A stretch of 64,000 nucleotides of DNA from [Eubacterium] saphenum. Lineage in GTDB: Bacteria; Bacillota; Clostridia; Oscillospirales; Ruminococcaceae. Of this stretch, positions 20,988 to 31,299 are shown one piece after another. The stretch covers positions 32,974 through 96,973 of the forward strand of contig SFJQ01000001.1 in the NCBI GenBank assembly GCA_004555855.1, in the 5' to 3' direction. How positions within the stretch are numbered: position 1 is the first letter of the stretch; each line of letters starts with the position of its first letter. The notes beneath the pieces are model-generated. The model had not been told where the DNA came from. It ran no database searches and worked only from the letters and a program-made list of their open reading frames with translations. The position numbers and the translations under genes are program-made.

Positions 20988-22061
20988 TCACTCCAAGCCA
21001 CCGTTTTTTCGGGAGCGCAGACGGCTGTCGGCAAGCAAAATCCCGCTCATAACAAGCGTGCAAACCGATAGCAGCGCGTTTTTCGAGAACACCTCGGTTC
21101 CCGCCGGAGAAGCGATAGTTTCGATGTAAAACGGCGCAAGAAATCCCGAAAGCAGCAACGCTATTCCCCCGCTTAATGCTGCCGCGAAAATCCTCGAAAG
21201 CAAGAATTTTTTCAGCGGGATTTTCCCCGAAAGCGCCGAAATCTGCAAAAAAACGCAAACTCCGCCAAAGCTGAGCAGCGCCGCGCAAATCGCCGGAGCG
21301 TGTGCGGTTGGGGAAAGCTCCTTTATGCGCGTGATTTCAAGAAGCGCGGGGAAAATCCGCCCGCTGTTATCGCCAAATCCGAGTGTCGCGAAAAGCCTTT
21401 CAAACAGCGCGTTTACGCCGATTTCCCGCAGTCCTGCCGCGATTACCGAAAACCCAACAACCATCACGCACACCGAAAACATTGCCCTCGCAGCCGCGTT
21501 TACCGAGGAAACGAAAACGCCCGAGCTTATCGTGAGCGATTTTGGCGCGGGCTGAAACGCGATTTCACCGCGCGTTCTCACGAAAACGGCTGCCAAAACA
21601 GACGACAGAAAACACGCCGCGAAAATCACCCCGCCGACTGCCGCCGAGCCGAAAACTCCCGCGCCAACGATACCGATAATAAACGACGGACCGCTCCCGA
21701 AACAGCAGCACATAAGCCGTGCCGCGTCCTTTTCGGAGAGTCGGTTTTCGGCAACAAGCGCGCTTATCAGGCTGATTCCGACGGGATAGCCGCCGATGTT
21801 CGCAAGCAAAAAAATCCCGCAAAGCTCCTCGTCCATTCGCAGTATTTTCGACAACACCACCGAAAACGGCTTCAAAACAACTCGGTACAGCCCGCTTTTC
21901 TGCAAAAAAATTGCTGCCGCCGAAAAAGCAAACAGCGACGGAACTATTGTTTCAAGGCACGCCGAGATAGCCGCGGAAGCCGCTTGTGAAGCGTTTTTCG
22001 GGCAAATTAGCAGAAAGGCCGCCGCCCCCGTCGCCAGAACCGCCGCCAGAATTGTTTTCAT
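20988..22061 (-). CDS. Sporulation integral membrane protein YlbJ-like
   Basis: IVPSLF, GGYPVG, GPSFIIG, LLSFGGVCVFLQ; multiple TM helices. Confidence 0.8.
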   Translation of the reverse strand: MKTILAAVLATGAAAFLLICPKNASQAASAAISACLETIVPSLFAFSAAAIFLQKSGLYRVVLKPFSVVLSKILRMDEELCGIFLLANIGGYPVGISLISALVAENRLSEKDAARLMCCCFGSGPSFIIGIVGAGVFGSAAVGGVIFAACFLSSVLAAVFVRTRGEIAFQPAPKSLTISSGVFVSSVNAAARAMFSVCVMVVGFSVIAAGLREIGVNALFERLFATLGFGDNSGRIFPALLEITRIKELSPTAHAPAICAALLSFGGVCVFLQISALSGKIPLKKFLLSRIFAAALSGGIALLLSGFLAPFYIETIASPAGTEVFSKNALLSVCTLVMSGILLADSRLRSRKNGGLE

Positions 22062-22217
22062 AAAACCGCCTCCCCAAACCGATTTTTAACAAATCGCCCA
22101 CTAAAGCTTATGCGGACGAGCGTGAAAACTTTCTTCCCGCAAACTTCCGCGCGCGGTGATTTTTGCGGAATTTCCGGCATATAGTTTGGCAGGTACAAGT
22201 TTTGCGAGGTGAAGAAA

Positions 22218-22505
22218 ATGAGTTTGCGGGACAAAATCATAGGTCTTGAGGAGCAGGCGGCGCGCGACTGCACGATAACCGTGCAAATCCACGGCGGCAG
22301 GGAGCGCGAAATTTTCGTTGAAAATTGTCGGAAAGTCATCTCCTGCGACGATGAATTTATTACTCTCGGTATAATCGGTGCAAACATTCGCGTGAGCGGA
22401 GTGCCGTTGATTCTGGAGAATTTTGGCGTTGGCGGAGTGAAAATCTCCGGCAAAATCAGCTCAATCGAGTTCGCAGAAACGTTGGAGAACGCAGATGAAA
22501 AGTAG
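22218..22505 (+). CDS. YabP/YqfC-family sporulation protein
   Basis: IFVENCRKV...ISGKISSIEF pattern; overlaps the start of yqfD. Confidence 0.75.
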   Translation: MSLRDKIIGLEEQAARDCTITVQIHGGREREIFVENCRKVISCDDEFITLGIIGANIRVSGVPLILENFGVGGVKISGKISSIEFAETLENADEK

Positions 22506-23661
22506 TTTGAAAAGCGGGCTGTTCTTTGGGACAGTCGGGTTTGAGGGAGTCGGCGGATTCCCCGAGAAAATGGTGAGCGCGCTGCTCGAAAACGGCGTTA
22601 TGTTGCGGAATGTCAGGCTGACGGCAAGTGAAATTTCTGGCGAATGCTCGCCGTTCGCGTACTTTTCGGTTGCGAAAACCGCGCGAAAAAACGGCGTGCG
22701 GCTGCGGGTGAAAAAGCGCAGCGGGCTGTACTTTCAGCTTTACCGATACAAGACGCGCGGCGGGTTGTACGCGGGATTTTTGGTGTTTGTGATGATGATT
22801 TCTCTGATGAAAACGCGGGTGCTGGACATCGATGTCACGGGTGACGCGCCGCGCGAGCAAACGCTGAAAATCCTCGCGGAGTGCGGGATTGAGGAGGGCA
22901 AGGCGCTGTCCGAGCTGAACTTTTCGAAAGCGGAGCAGCGGCTGATGCTGGACATCGAAAACTGCGCGTGGGTGGACGTGTCGCGCGAGGGTTTTCGGGT
23001 GAAGGCGGAGGTGCGAAAAGTTGACGAAGCACCCGAGGTTGAGGACAAAAATCCGCGTAATATCACGGCTTCGCGGCCTGCGCGGATTGTGTCGATGACG
23101 GTGCGGAAGGGCAAGGCGGCGGTGTCGGTCGGGAGCGGCGTGAACACGGGCGACATGCTGGTTTCGGGGACGGTTTTTGACGGTCGGAACAAGATAATGT
23201 TCGTGCATTCGGACGCGGAAATTATCGGTGAATTTCTCGAAACGCAGGAATTTTTTGTGCCATACAGCGAAACGGTGAACCTGCCGAAGGGCGATGTGAA
23301 GCGGTTTGACAGCATTGTTATCGGTGATGACGAGTATCCGTTGTACTTTGGGGAAGCGTTTGCGGAGAACTCGGTTTACAGTGAGGAAACGCGGCTGATT
23401 TTCGGGGAAAACTCGCCGGTTAAACTGAAATCGCGGATTTACACGGCGTATGTGGCGACGGAAATCACGAGGTCGCCGGACGATGTTGTGAAGGAGCTTC
23501 GGCGGGAGAAGGCGGATTTTGAGGAAAATTTTTACTCGGAGTATAAAATTGTGACGTGTACGGAGAAATTTTTTCCGGAAAAAGGCGGGATTAGGTTGAT
23601 TGTGGAATATACGCTGCAGGGGGATATTGCGAAGGCGGTGGATATTGGGGTATCCGAGTGA
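22495..23661 (+). CDS. Sporulation protein YqfD-like
   Basis: 388 aa, one TM, PRNITA and GDMLVSG motifs; yqfC-yqfD pairing. Confidence 0.8.
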   Translation: MKSSLKSGLFFGTVGFEGVGGFPEKMVSALLENGVMLRNVRLTASEISGECSPFAYFSVAKTARKNGVRLRVKKRSGLYFQLYRYKTRGGLYAGFLVFVMMISLMKTRVLDIDVTGDAPREQTLKILAECGIEEGKALSELNFSKAEQRLMLDIENCAWVDVSREGFRVKAEVRKVDEAPEVEDKNPRNITASRPARIVSMTVRKGKAAVSVGSGVNTGDMLVSGTVFDGRNKIMFVHSDAEIIGEFLETQEFFVPYSETVNLPKGDVKRFDSIVIGDDEYPLYFGEAFAENSVYSEETRLIFGENSPVKLKSRIYTAYVATEITRSPDDVVKELRREKADFEENFYSEYKIVTCTEKFFPEKGGIRLIVEYTLQGDIAKAVDIGVSE

Positions 23662-23687
23662 ATTTGCGGGGCAACCGACAAGTCTGA

Positions 23688-24400
23688 ATAGAGCCGCGCT
23701 ACTCCGCGCGAAGCGCGACAAACGCGTTAGCAAGCGCAAAAGGGGGTCTGTGGGGAGAAACGCCTTTTGCGTTTCTGGAAACGAAGAGTTTTTCCCCTTG
23801 AGGAAAGGGGCTTGGGGAACACCCCGAGGGGTGTTCCCCAAGCGTTTTTGGAAAACGAAGTTTTACAAAAACGCGCGATTTCGGCGGCTCGACGCCGGCG
23901 AAATCGCTAGAGAGCGCGAATACCCTCAAGGCATTTTTCAAGTCACAGAGCAAGCAAAAATGCGGGTGCAGCCACGCACGTCCCGCTTTAACGGGCGTGG
24001 CTGCACCCGCGCGATTTTTCGGGTTCGATGCCCGAAAAATCGCCCCGCGCAGCACAGTCCGGTTCCGATGAGGAAGCCGAAATCTCCGCCATTTCTCAAA
24101 CTTTGAACAAAAAAACTCGGGGCATTAACTCCGAGTTTCTTCGTTAATTCAGCTCGATGATAAGGGGTTTGCGAATTTTTTCGCGTTCGCAAAAAAATGG
24201 CAATGGTGACAAAACGTAATCTAAGTCGGTTTGTAATCTTATAATTTGACGCAATCCCTTTTTATGATTTGACGGCTTCGCCTTTAGTAGCGCGACTTCG
24301 TCGCGAGTGCCTCCGGCGGCCTAAGAACTTTTTCTGAAGAAAAAGTTTAAGGAAACCGAAGGTTTCACTAGAATTTCAAAAAGACTTTTTTCGCTTCGCG
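23688..24400. repeat. Composite palindromic repeat E4 (inverted D-linker, 16-bp hairpin, C, B, F, right arm E-G-A)
   Basis: 23690-23797 is the reverse complement of 7689-7795; modules shared with E7, E8 and E9. Confidence 0.9.
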
Positions 24401-24430
24401 GCTCCATTAACACATTGCGTAAACTTCCGG

Positions 24431-25594
24431 CTACTCGCTCAGCTCAGCTATCCTCCGCTGCATTCGCTTATACTCCGCCGACAACAAATTCGCGCCCTTC
24501 TGCTTCAAATAAACCTCCGCGTACAACTTCCAGAAAAACACCTTCGCGCTGAAAAACCGCTCCATTCTCCGCATCTGCGCGTAACTGTACACCTCTTTCA
24601 AAAACGTCAGCTTCTCATACTCCTTCGCGTTCTGCTCCAGCCCGCCCATCATCAGAAAATCATAAATCGCCGATATCACCAGCACCACGTCCTCCGGCTT
24701 GAACTCGCCGCTCGTCACCTGCTCGCAAAGGTTCAGCGCGTCGTTTATCCTGTCAAAATCCTTTGAGCGCAGCCACACCGCTCGGTCATACACATAAAGC
24801 GCCCTGCAAAGCGCCTCTTTCACCCGCTTATCGCAGTGACAGCGCAGCACCAGCAGCATTCCTCTCGACAGATTTTTCTCCGGCTCGGCGGGACTGTTCC
24901 CGACAACATATTTCGTGGTTTCGTGGTCAAGCCGAGCCGCGTCTGTGAACGGCGCGTTCTCGATATTCAGGCAATGCGCGAAAATCTCAGCAGCCGTTTG
25001 CTTCAGCTCGGGAAAACCGCGTACAAGCTTCTCCCAAAACCCGACCGTGTAGCTCGGCGAAACGTACCGCCCGCCCTTTGAAAGAAACTTTTTCATAATC
25101 CCGAGAACGTACTCAAGCGCTTTTCCCGCCATATTCCAGTCGTTTCGGGAGCGAATTTTGTCGATGCACTCGGACAAGTACATCTCCCAGTTTTCGGTAT
25201 CCTTCAGCCGCAAAATCCCCGCCACCATCAGCCCGCAGCGGCTCTCAAAATCCTCGGGATACCAGTCGAGCGCCTCGGAAAACAGCACGAACGCGTTCCC
25301 GAAGTCCCATTTCCCGAGAAACAGCTGCGCCTCGGCGCGTTTTTTCTTGCACTCCTCAAGACCGTAAACGGCATTTTTCTCCTCGTCCTCGTCTATAAGC
25401 TCGCTCAAATCCGCTTCCAGAACCAGCTCGTCGGGTATCGCCGCCCGCAGCCCCGCAAGCAGCTCCTCGTGCGCGTCCGCAAAGGAAATGTGCGTCCCGC
25501 AGCAGCAGCAAAAACCCGTTTCAAACTCGTCCTCGAGCATAATCATTCGCTGACATTTCGGGCAAACGCAGTATTGAAGCAAGGTTTTCACCAC
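24431..25594 (-). CDS. Hypothetical protein with N-terminal Cys-rich Zn-ribbon-like motif and helical/TPR-like body
   Basis: 387 aa ORF with RBS AAGGTG; CVCPKC...FCCCCG. Confidence 0.7.
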   Translation of the reverse strand: MVKTLLQYCVCPKCQRMIMLEDEFETGFCCCCGTHISFADAHEELLAGLRAAIPDELVLEADLSELIDEDEEKNAVYGLEECKKKRAEAQLFLGKWDFGNAFVLFSEALDWYPEDFESRCGLMVAGILRLKDTENWEMYLSECIDKIRSRNDWNMAGKALEYVLGIMKKFLSKGGRYVSPSYTVGFWEKLVRGFPELKQTAAEIFAHCLNIENAPFTDAARLDHETTKYVVGNSPAEPEKNLSRGMLLVLRCHCDKRVKEALCRALYVYDRAVWLRSKDFDRINDALNLCEQVTSGEFKPEDVVLVISAIYDFLMMGGLEQNAKEYEKLTFLKEVYSYAQMRRMERFFSAKVFFWKLYAEVYLKQKGANLLSAEYKRMQRRIAELSE

Positions 25595-25620
25595 CTTATT
25601 TTAATCCAGTAAAATAAAAA

Positions 25621-25700
25621 GTGCCTCCGGCGGCTTGAAACCTTTTTCTGAAGAAAAAGGTTTCAAGGCTTCCAAAAAGACTTTTAGCGCTTCGCGGCGC
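25621..25700 (+). repeat. Solo module A (E5)
   Basis: GTGCCTCCGGCGGCTTGAAACCTTTTTCTGAAGAAAAAGGTTTCAAG...CCAAAAAGACTTTT. Confidence 0.9.
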
Positions 25701-25715
25701 TTGGAACACAATTTG

Positions 25716-26381
25716 TCAGAGCGACCAGTCAATGGGCTGTTCGCCGCAACTTTCGAGAAACTCGTTCGCCTTGACGAAGTGCCCGCAGCCGAAAAAGCCC
25801 TGATACGCGGAAAGCGGGCTTGGGTGAGCGCATTGCAGAACGAGATGCTTCGGGTTGGTGACGAGCTTTGATTTCGCGCGCGCCGGACCGCCCCAGAGCA
25901 GGAAAACAATCGGCTGCTCGCGCTTGTTCAGCAGCTCGATAATCCTGTCCGTGAGGATTTCCCAGCCGTGATTTCTGTGGGAATTTGCCTGTCCCTCGCG
26001 CACCGTCAGAACCGTGTTCAGCAGCAGCACGCCGTGCTTCGCCCACTTCGTCAGCTCGCCGCTTTTCGGGATAGCAAGCCCCGTTTCCGCGTTCAACTCT
26101 TTGAAGATGTTCACGAGAGAAGGCGGGGGCGGCGTGCCCTCCTTAACGGAGAAGCAAAGCCCGTGCGCCTGACCTTTTCCGTGATACGGGTCCTGCCCGA
26201 GGATAACCGCCTTCACATCGCCGTATGCCGTCAATCGCAGCGCGTTGAACAGGTCGTTCATCGGCGGGAAAACCGTCTGCGTTTGATACTCGCTCACGAG
26301 AAACTCCCGCAGCTTTTTGTAATAATCCATCTCCCACTGGTCCGCGAGGAGCTTATCCCAATCGTTTCCTATATTTACCAT
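25716..26381 (-). CDS. ung: Uracil-DNA glycosylase
   Basis: GQDPYH, GVLLLN, HPSPLS motifs. Confidence 0.97.
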   Translation of the reverse strand: MVNIGNDWDKLLADQWEMDYYKKLREFLVSEYQTQTVFPPMNDLFNALRLTAYGDVKAVILGQDPYHGKGQAHGLCFSVKEGTPPPPSLVNIFKELNAETGLAIPKSGELTKWAKHGVLLLNTVLTVREGQANSHRNHGWEILTDRIIELLNKREQPIVFLLWGGPARAKSKLVTNPKHLVLQCAHPSPLSAYQGFFGCGHFVKANEFLESCGEQPIDWSL

Positions 26382-26768
26382 TTCCGTCACCCTCAAAGCA
26401 AATTCTTACCATAATTATAGCATATTTTGCGGCTTTTTTCAAGAGGAACACGCCTGTCAATCTCGCGAATTTTGAAAAAAGCACAAAAGAGCGTGCCAAA
26501 TCAAGCGTCTTGCCGTTTGGGGTTTACGGCTTTCGTGAAAATCACCGCTGCTTGGATTTGCCGAAATTCGGCTTAACGGCGCGGTTTGCCGACGATGTAA
26601 TCATTACCTTCCCCAAAAACCGCGAAAATGTTTGTGCAAATTAACGGGAGCGCGCGGCAAAGTCAAATTTTTGGGTGACGCGGGAATTTTTGCGTTGACA
26701 AATATTGTGCAATGTGATAAAATTAAAGCTGGGGATTTCCCGAAAAACCGCATAGAAAGGCGAAATTT

Positions 26769-27395
26769 ATGGACGAGATAATAAGACTTCCGCTGGGTGC
26801 GCTTGCGACAAACTGCTATATCGTACCCGCAAACTCGGAAACTGCGATTGTGATTGACCCGGCGGCGACGGGCGAGGTTGAGGCGGCGCTTGCGGCGAAA
26901 AATCTGCGCGCGGGAGCGATTGTCCTGACGCACGGGCATTTCGACCACTTTGCGGGCGCGGCAAGGCTTCGGGAGTACTATGGAGCGCCGATTTACGCGC
27001 CCGAGCTTGACACGGAGATGCTGACGAGCGAGGACAAGAGCTGGGCTTGGTTTATGGCGGGAGCTGAGTTCACGCCGATTGTGCCGGACGTGGCTTTTGA
27101 AAACGGCGAGCGTTTTTCCGTCTGCGGCGTGGAGTTTTCGGTTATGGCGGCTCCGGGGCACACCGCGGGGAGCTGTTTGCTGTTCTGCGAGCAGTTTGGC
27201 GCGATTTTCTCGGGCGATGTGCTGTTCAAAAACGGCTGCGGGCGCACGGACGGATTTTCCGGAAGCGGCAGGCAAATGGCGCAGACGCTGCGTGAAATCT
27301 CGAAAATCTCGGGCAACTACTACGTTTACCCCGGTCACGGCGAAACCACGACGCTTTCTGTGGAAAAAGCACGGATTGATGTTTATGACTACTGA
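26769..27395 (+). CDS. MBL-fold metallo-hydrolase (glyoxalase II-like)
   Basis: THGHFDH, PGHT, SGD, YPGHG; upstream TTGACA-17-TAAAAT at 26695-26723. Confidence 0.9.
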   Translation: MDEIIRLPLGALATNCYIVPANSETAIVIDPAATGEVEAALAAKNLRAGAIVLTHGHFDHFAGAARLREYYGAPIYAPELDTEMLTSEDKSWAWFMAGAEFTPIVPDVAFENGERFSVCGVEFSVMAAPGHTAGSCLLFCEQFGAIFSGDVLFKNGCGRTDGFSGSGRQMAQTLREISKISGNYYVYPGHGETTTLSVEKARIDVYDY

Positions 27396-27600
27396 AAGCC
27401 CTAAAAATCAGCCAAACTTTTCCACCAAACGCGGGAATTATTGTATAAATTCACAAAAAAATCCACAAAAGTCACAACTGAGAATTTTTAAGCTTGACAG
27501 AATAAAAATTTGACGATATAATTATATTTGGAGCATCAAAAAGGAAGCTCAAGTGCGGAATGCGGCGCCGCAAATCATTTTCATTTAAGGAGGATATATT

Positions 27601-27933
27601 ATGCAGGATTCAAATGACAAGGTTTACGGCATTCTGTCTTACATCGGGATTTTGGTTCTCGTACCCCTTCTCGCAGGTAAGACGCAGTTCGCGAGATACC
27701 ACGCAAATCAGGGACTGGTTCTCTTTATCGCGGACATCATTCTCGGCGTTATGATTGGAATTACCGTAGGTGTTCTCAGTCTGCTCGGCGTGATTGGCGT
27801 TGTTCTCGGCAGCATCGTGAGCGGTGTTTTCGGCTTGTGCATTTTCGTTTTGGTTATTATGGGTATCATCAACGCAGCTAACGGCGAGATGAAGCCCCTT
27901 CCCGTAATCGGCGGAATCACGCTCATCAAGTAA
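27601..27933 (+). CDS. DUF4870-like small membrane protein
   Basis: LSYIGIL...ARYHANQGL...LPVIG pattern; RBS AAGGAGG; promoter TTGACA-17-TATAAT at 27494-27522. Confidence 0.8.
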   Translation: MQDSNDKVYGILSYIGILVLVPLLAGKTQFARYHANQGLVLFIADIILGVMIGITVGVLSLLGVIGVVLGSIVSGVFGLCIFVLVIMGIINAANGEMKPLPVIGGITLIK

Positions 27934-28185
27934 TTTTACTTAACAAAAGCAAAGCGGCTTCGGTTTTGCGCGCTGAAAAAGGCACGCCTTTCGGAGCCGT
28001 TTTTTGTTTTTCGGTGAACGCGAGGGCGGGTGCTGTTGAAAATCGGCAAAATCTATATCGAAATACACATAGCAAGCGTGTGGAAATTGTGCAAAGTGAA
28101 CAAAATTTTCTGCGGTACTTGAAAAATTCTGTCAAAAGGTATATAATAATATCAGCACTTTATTTTTAAAAAGGAGGACAATGCA

Positions 28186-28467
28186 ATGAAAGCATTCGGA
28201 ATATTTATGGCAGGAATTCTGGCAGCGGGAGCCGGTGTTGCGGCGGCGGCTTATATTGCCAAGAAGAAGCTCGAAAAGGAAAACGAAGAGGATTATTTTG
28301 ACGGCTGGGACGACGGCTTTGACGATGACTGGGACCTTGATTTTGACGAGGACGAGGAAATTGACGCTGCTGCCGAGGAAATCCCCGCGAAAACCGTGAA
28401 GTCGATTATCCCCGAAGAAAAATCTTTCTCTGAAGAAGCTGACGACGCTTCCGACGAGGAGCTTTAA
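28186..28467 (+). CDS. Small protein with N-terminal membrane anchor and acidic tail
   Basis: RBS AAGGAGG; hairpin plus T-run downstream (28477-28510). Confidence 0.7.
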   Translation: MKAFGIFMAGILAAGAGVAAAAYIAKKKLEKENEEDYFDGWDDGFDDDWDLDFDEDEEIDAAAEEIPAKTVKSIIPEEKSFSEEADDASDEEL

Positions 28468-28557
28468 TTTGAACAAACGCGGCGCGCTGTTTTTGGTGCG
28501 CCGTTTTTCGTTTTGCGGGAAATTTCAAAAAAATCTGCGGCGGATTTTTTGAAAAAA

Positions 28558-28636
28558 ATTACTCAGAGGGATTTTGATAAGATTACTCAGAGGGATTTTG
28601 AAAAAATTACTCAGAGGAATTTTGAAAAAATTACTC
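28558..28636 (+). repeat. 24-bp tandem repeat (3 units plus a partial unit)
   Basis: ATTACTCAGAGG(G/A)ATTTTGA-WAAR starting at 28558, 28582, 28606; partial at 28630. Confidence 0.92.
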
Positions 28637-28644
28637 TTACCCTA

Positions 28645-28673
28645 TTGCAAAATTTTAGGAAATGTGTTATAAT
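28645..28673 (+). promoter_or_regulatory. Sigma-A promoter of the SCIFF locus
   Basis: TTGCAA-17 bp-TATAAT with extended -10 TG. Confidence 0.7.
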
Positions 28674-28715
28674 GGAAATAGCAAAACAAAACGGGCAAAA
28701 GAAAGAGGTGTTTTT

Positions 28716-28859
28716 TTGAAGCACGTTGTTACCATTAACAAGGCGAACCTTAAGGCTTCCGCTGAAAAGGGCGGCTGCGGCAAGTGCCAGAGCTCCTGCC
28801 AGTCCGCCTGCAAGACTTCCTGCACTGTTGCAAATCAAAAGTGCGAGGCAGAACGCTAA
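28716..28859 (+). CDS. scfA: Six-cysteine ranthipeptide SCIFF precursor
   Basis: TTG start after GAGGTG; MKHVVTINKANLKASAEKGGCGKCQSSCQSACKTSCTVANQKCEAER. Confidence 0.95.
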   Translation: MKHVVTINKANLKASAEKGGCGKCQSSCQSACKTSCTVANQKCEAER

Positions 28860-28865
28860 ACCCCT

Positions 28866-28901
28866 GAACCCGCTCGTTTTCCTCGGGCGGGTTCAATTTT
28901 T
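28866..28901 (+). terminator. Stem-loop after scfA
   Basis: GAACCCGCTCG...CGGGCGGGTTC followed by AATTTTTT. Confidence 0.6.
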
Positions 28902-28904
28902 GCC

Positions 28905-29232
28905 AAGCCTCAAGCCTTTTGAAAAAGGCTTGACCGAAAACTTTTGTACGCTTCGGCGGTTCTCGGGGAACGTTGGCGGCTCTCCATAACAATCTGCGCG
29001 CTCTCTTGCATTTTTGTCGGCTTCGAGCCGACAAAAATGCGTGGGGGAAAACTCTTGTTTTCCCCCACACCCCTTTAGCGCTTTTGGGGCGTATTTCGGC
29101 GCTTTGCGCCGAGTGCGCGGCTTTGCCGCGAGTGCCTCCGGCGGATTAAAACCTTTTTCTGAAGAAAAAGGTTTTAATATTTCCAAAAAGACTTTTTTCG
29201 CTTCGCGTGCCATACTTGCGCTTTGCGATAAC
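28905..29232 (+). repeat. Composite palindromic repeat E6 (diverged A-like unit + D + A)
   Basis: 28972-29232 matches E1 and E2. Confidence 0.88.
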
Positions 29233-29277
29233 TCCGCGCCCTCTTGCGCCATAAACTAAACAGAAGGATTTGAAAAA

Positions 29278-30639
29278 ATGATACATAAATTCAAACAGCT
29301 CGGCTATAACATCGTCCTCGATACCGAAAGCAACGCCGTCCACGTCATGGACGACTGCGCCTACGAAATGCTCGACCTCATCTCCGCTCCCATGAACGAG
29401 CAAATGCCTGAGATTTTCCTCACCATGCTCCGCGATTTCCCCGAAAACGACGTCCGCGAGAGCTACAAAGACCTCTATGAACTCTACCAAAACGGCTCCC
29501 TTTTCGCGCCCGACGACTACGAAAAATACTCCGACACCATGGTGAAATCCCCCGTCAAAAGTATGTGCCTCAATGTCGCGCACGACTGCAACCTGCGCTG
29601 CGGCTACTGCTTCGCGCAAACGGGCGATTTCGGCGGAGAACGCTGCATAATGCCCCCCGAAATCGGTAAAGCTGCTATCGATTTCCTCATCAAACAAAGC
29701 GCAAACCGTGAAAATCTCGAAACCGATTTCTTCGGCGGCGAACCGCTTATGGCTTGGAATACCGTTGTCGAAACCGTCAAGTATGCGCGTTCAATCGAGA
29801 AACAGCACGGCAAGCACTTCCGCTTTACGATTACCACAAACGGTATTCTCCTCGATGACGAAAAGATGAAGTTTATCGACGCGGAAATGTCAAACTGCGT
29901 TCTCAGCCTTGACGGACGCCGCGAAACCAACGACGCTATCCGCAAGACAATGAACGGCGGCGGTTCTTACGATATTATTGTACCGAAATTTCAGAAGGTT
30001 GTCGAGCAGCGCGAGCGCAAAAAGAAGGACTACTACGTCCGCGCGACCTTCACAAAAAACAACCTTGATTTCGCCGATGATGTTATCCATCTGAGAGAGC
30101 TTGGTTTTATCCAGCTTTCCGCAGAGCCTGTCGTTACCGATGAGAAACAGCCTTTCGCTATCACAACCGCGGATTTGCCGAAGATTTTCAGCGAATACGA
30201 CCGTCTTTGCGCTTATATGGCTGACGAGAAAAACCCGCATTTCAACTTCTTCCACTTTATGGTTGACCTCGACCAGGGTCCTTGCGCGATTAAAAGACTT
30301 CGCGGGTGCGGCTGCGGAAACGACTATGTGGCAATCGAGCCGCACGGCGATATTTACCCGTGCCACCAATTTGTGGGTATAGAAAACTGGAAAATGGGCA
30401 ATGTTAAGGACGGCGACCTCAACGCCGACATCAAAACCTATTTCGCGAAAACTCATATTTACAGTAAAAAGGGCTGCAGCGGCTGCTGGGCGAAATTTTA
30501 CTGCTCGGGCGGCTGCAACGCAAACTCCTTCATTTACGAGGGCGACTGCCGCACACCTCACACAATCTCCTGCGAAATGCAGAAAAAGCGTCTTGAGTGC
30601 GCGCTCGCGCTCGAGGTTCACAAGGCGATGAAGGAATGA
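29278..30639 (+). CDS. scfB: SCIFF radical SAM/SPASM maturase
   Basis: CNLRCGYC, FFGGEP, SPASM cysteines (GCGCG, YPCHQF, CSGC...CSGGC); adjacent to scfA. Confidence 0.95.
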   Translation: MIHKFKQLGYNIVLDTESNAVHVMDDCAYEMLDLISAPMNEQMPEIFLTMLRDFPENDVRESYKDLYELYQNGSLFAPDDYEKYSDTMVKSPVKSMCLNVAHDCNLRCGYCFAQTGDFGGERCIMPPEIGKAAIDFLIKQSANRENLETDFFGGEPLMAWNTVVETVKYARSIEKQHGKHFRFTITTNGILLDDEKMKFIDAEMSNCVLSLDGRRETNDAIRKTMNGGGSYDIIVPKFQKVVEQRERKKKDYYVRATFTKNNLDFADDVIHLRELGFIQLSAEPVVTDEKQPFAITTADLPKIFSEYDRLCAYMADEKNPHFNFFHFMVDLDQGPCAIKRLRGCGCGNDYVAIEPHGDIYPCHQFVGIENWKMGNVKDGDLNADIKTYFAKTHIYSKKGCSGCWAKFYCSGGCNANSFIYEGDCRTPHTISCEMQKKRLECALALEVHKAMKE

Positions 30640-30641
30640 GT

Positions 30642-31184
30642 ATGAAGAAATTTTCGATTATTCCGGCAGTTTTGCTTGCTTTCCTCCTCACTGCGTGCAA
30701 TAACGGCGGCTCGGGCAGCGAAAGCACGTCCGGTTCAACAAGCACTTCTTCGGCAAACGTCAGCAGCTCGTCTTCATCGACAAGCAGCTCTGCCGATGAG
30801 AAAAAGGCAGATTTTTACGCGGAAATCGCGATGAATGCTGTCGAATTTCCGAAAATGACAAAGGTGGAAAAGCCCGAGGAAATCGACGCGATTTTCGAGT
30901 TCAACACGGCAAACTACGCGGATTACGCGCTTTATATGAACGTGATGAGCGTTCAGCTCAACCGCGTGCTTATCGTAAAGCCGCTTCCCGAAAAGCACGA
31001 CGAGGTTGAAGCCGAGCTTAAAGCGTATCTTGAGGATTTGACGGAAAACAACGCGTTTTATCCCGCGCAGGAAAGCGCCGCGGCAGGTGCTGTAATGGGC
31101 GAAACCGCGGACGGCTACATCTATGTAATAGTTCACGAGGACGGCTTAACCGCTGTTCGGGCAATTGAAAATGCGGCGGGCTGA
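30642..31184 (+). CDS. DUF4358-like lipoprotein
   Basis: Lipobox LTAC, Ser-rich linker, FYPAQ motif. Confidence 0.7.
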   Translation: MKKFSIIPAVLLAFLLTACNNGGSGSESTSGSTSTSSANVSSSSSSTSSSADEKKADFYAEIAMNAVEFPKMTKVEKPEEIDAIFEFNTANYADYALYMNVMSVQLNRVLIVKPLPEKHDEVEAELKAYLEDLTENNAFYPAQESAAAGAVMGETADGYIYVIVHEDGLTAVRAIENAAG

Positions 31185-31299
31185 CCGGTTTGTGAAAAAA
31201 GTTACATAAGAAACAAAACGTTTTTTCAGCGTTTATTCACGAAATCTACACATTCGCGGGTTATAATACAGACATAACAAACGAAAGGACGGTTTTTTT

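Noticed and set aside
28558..28636. CRISPR array
   Set aside because: Head-to-tail 24-mers with no spacers
28716..30639. SCIFF locus as a novel RiPP
   Set aside because: Well-known and widespread in Clostridia
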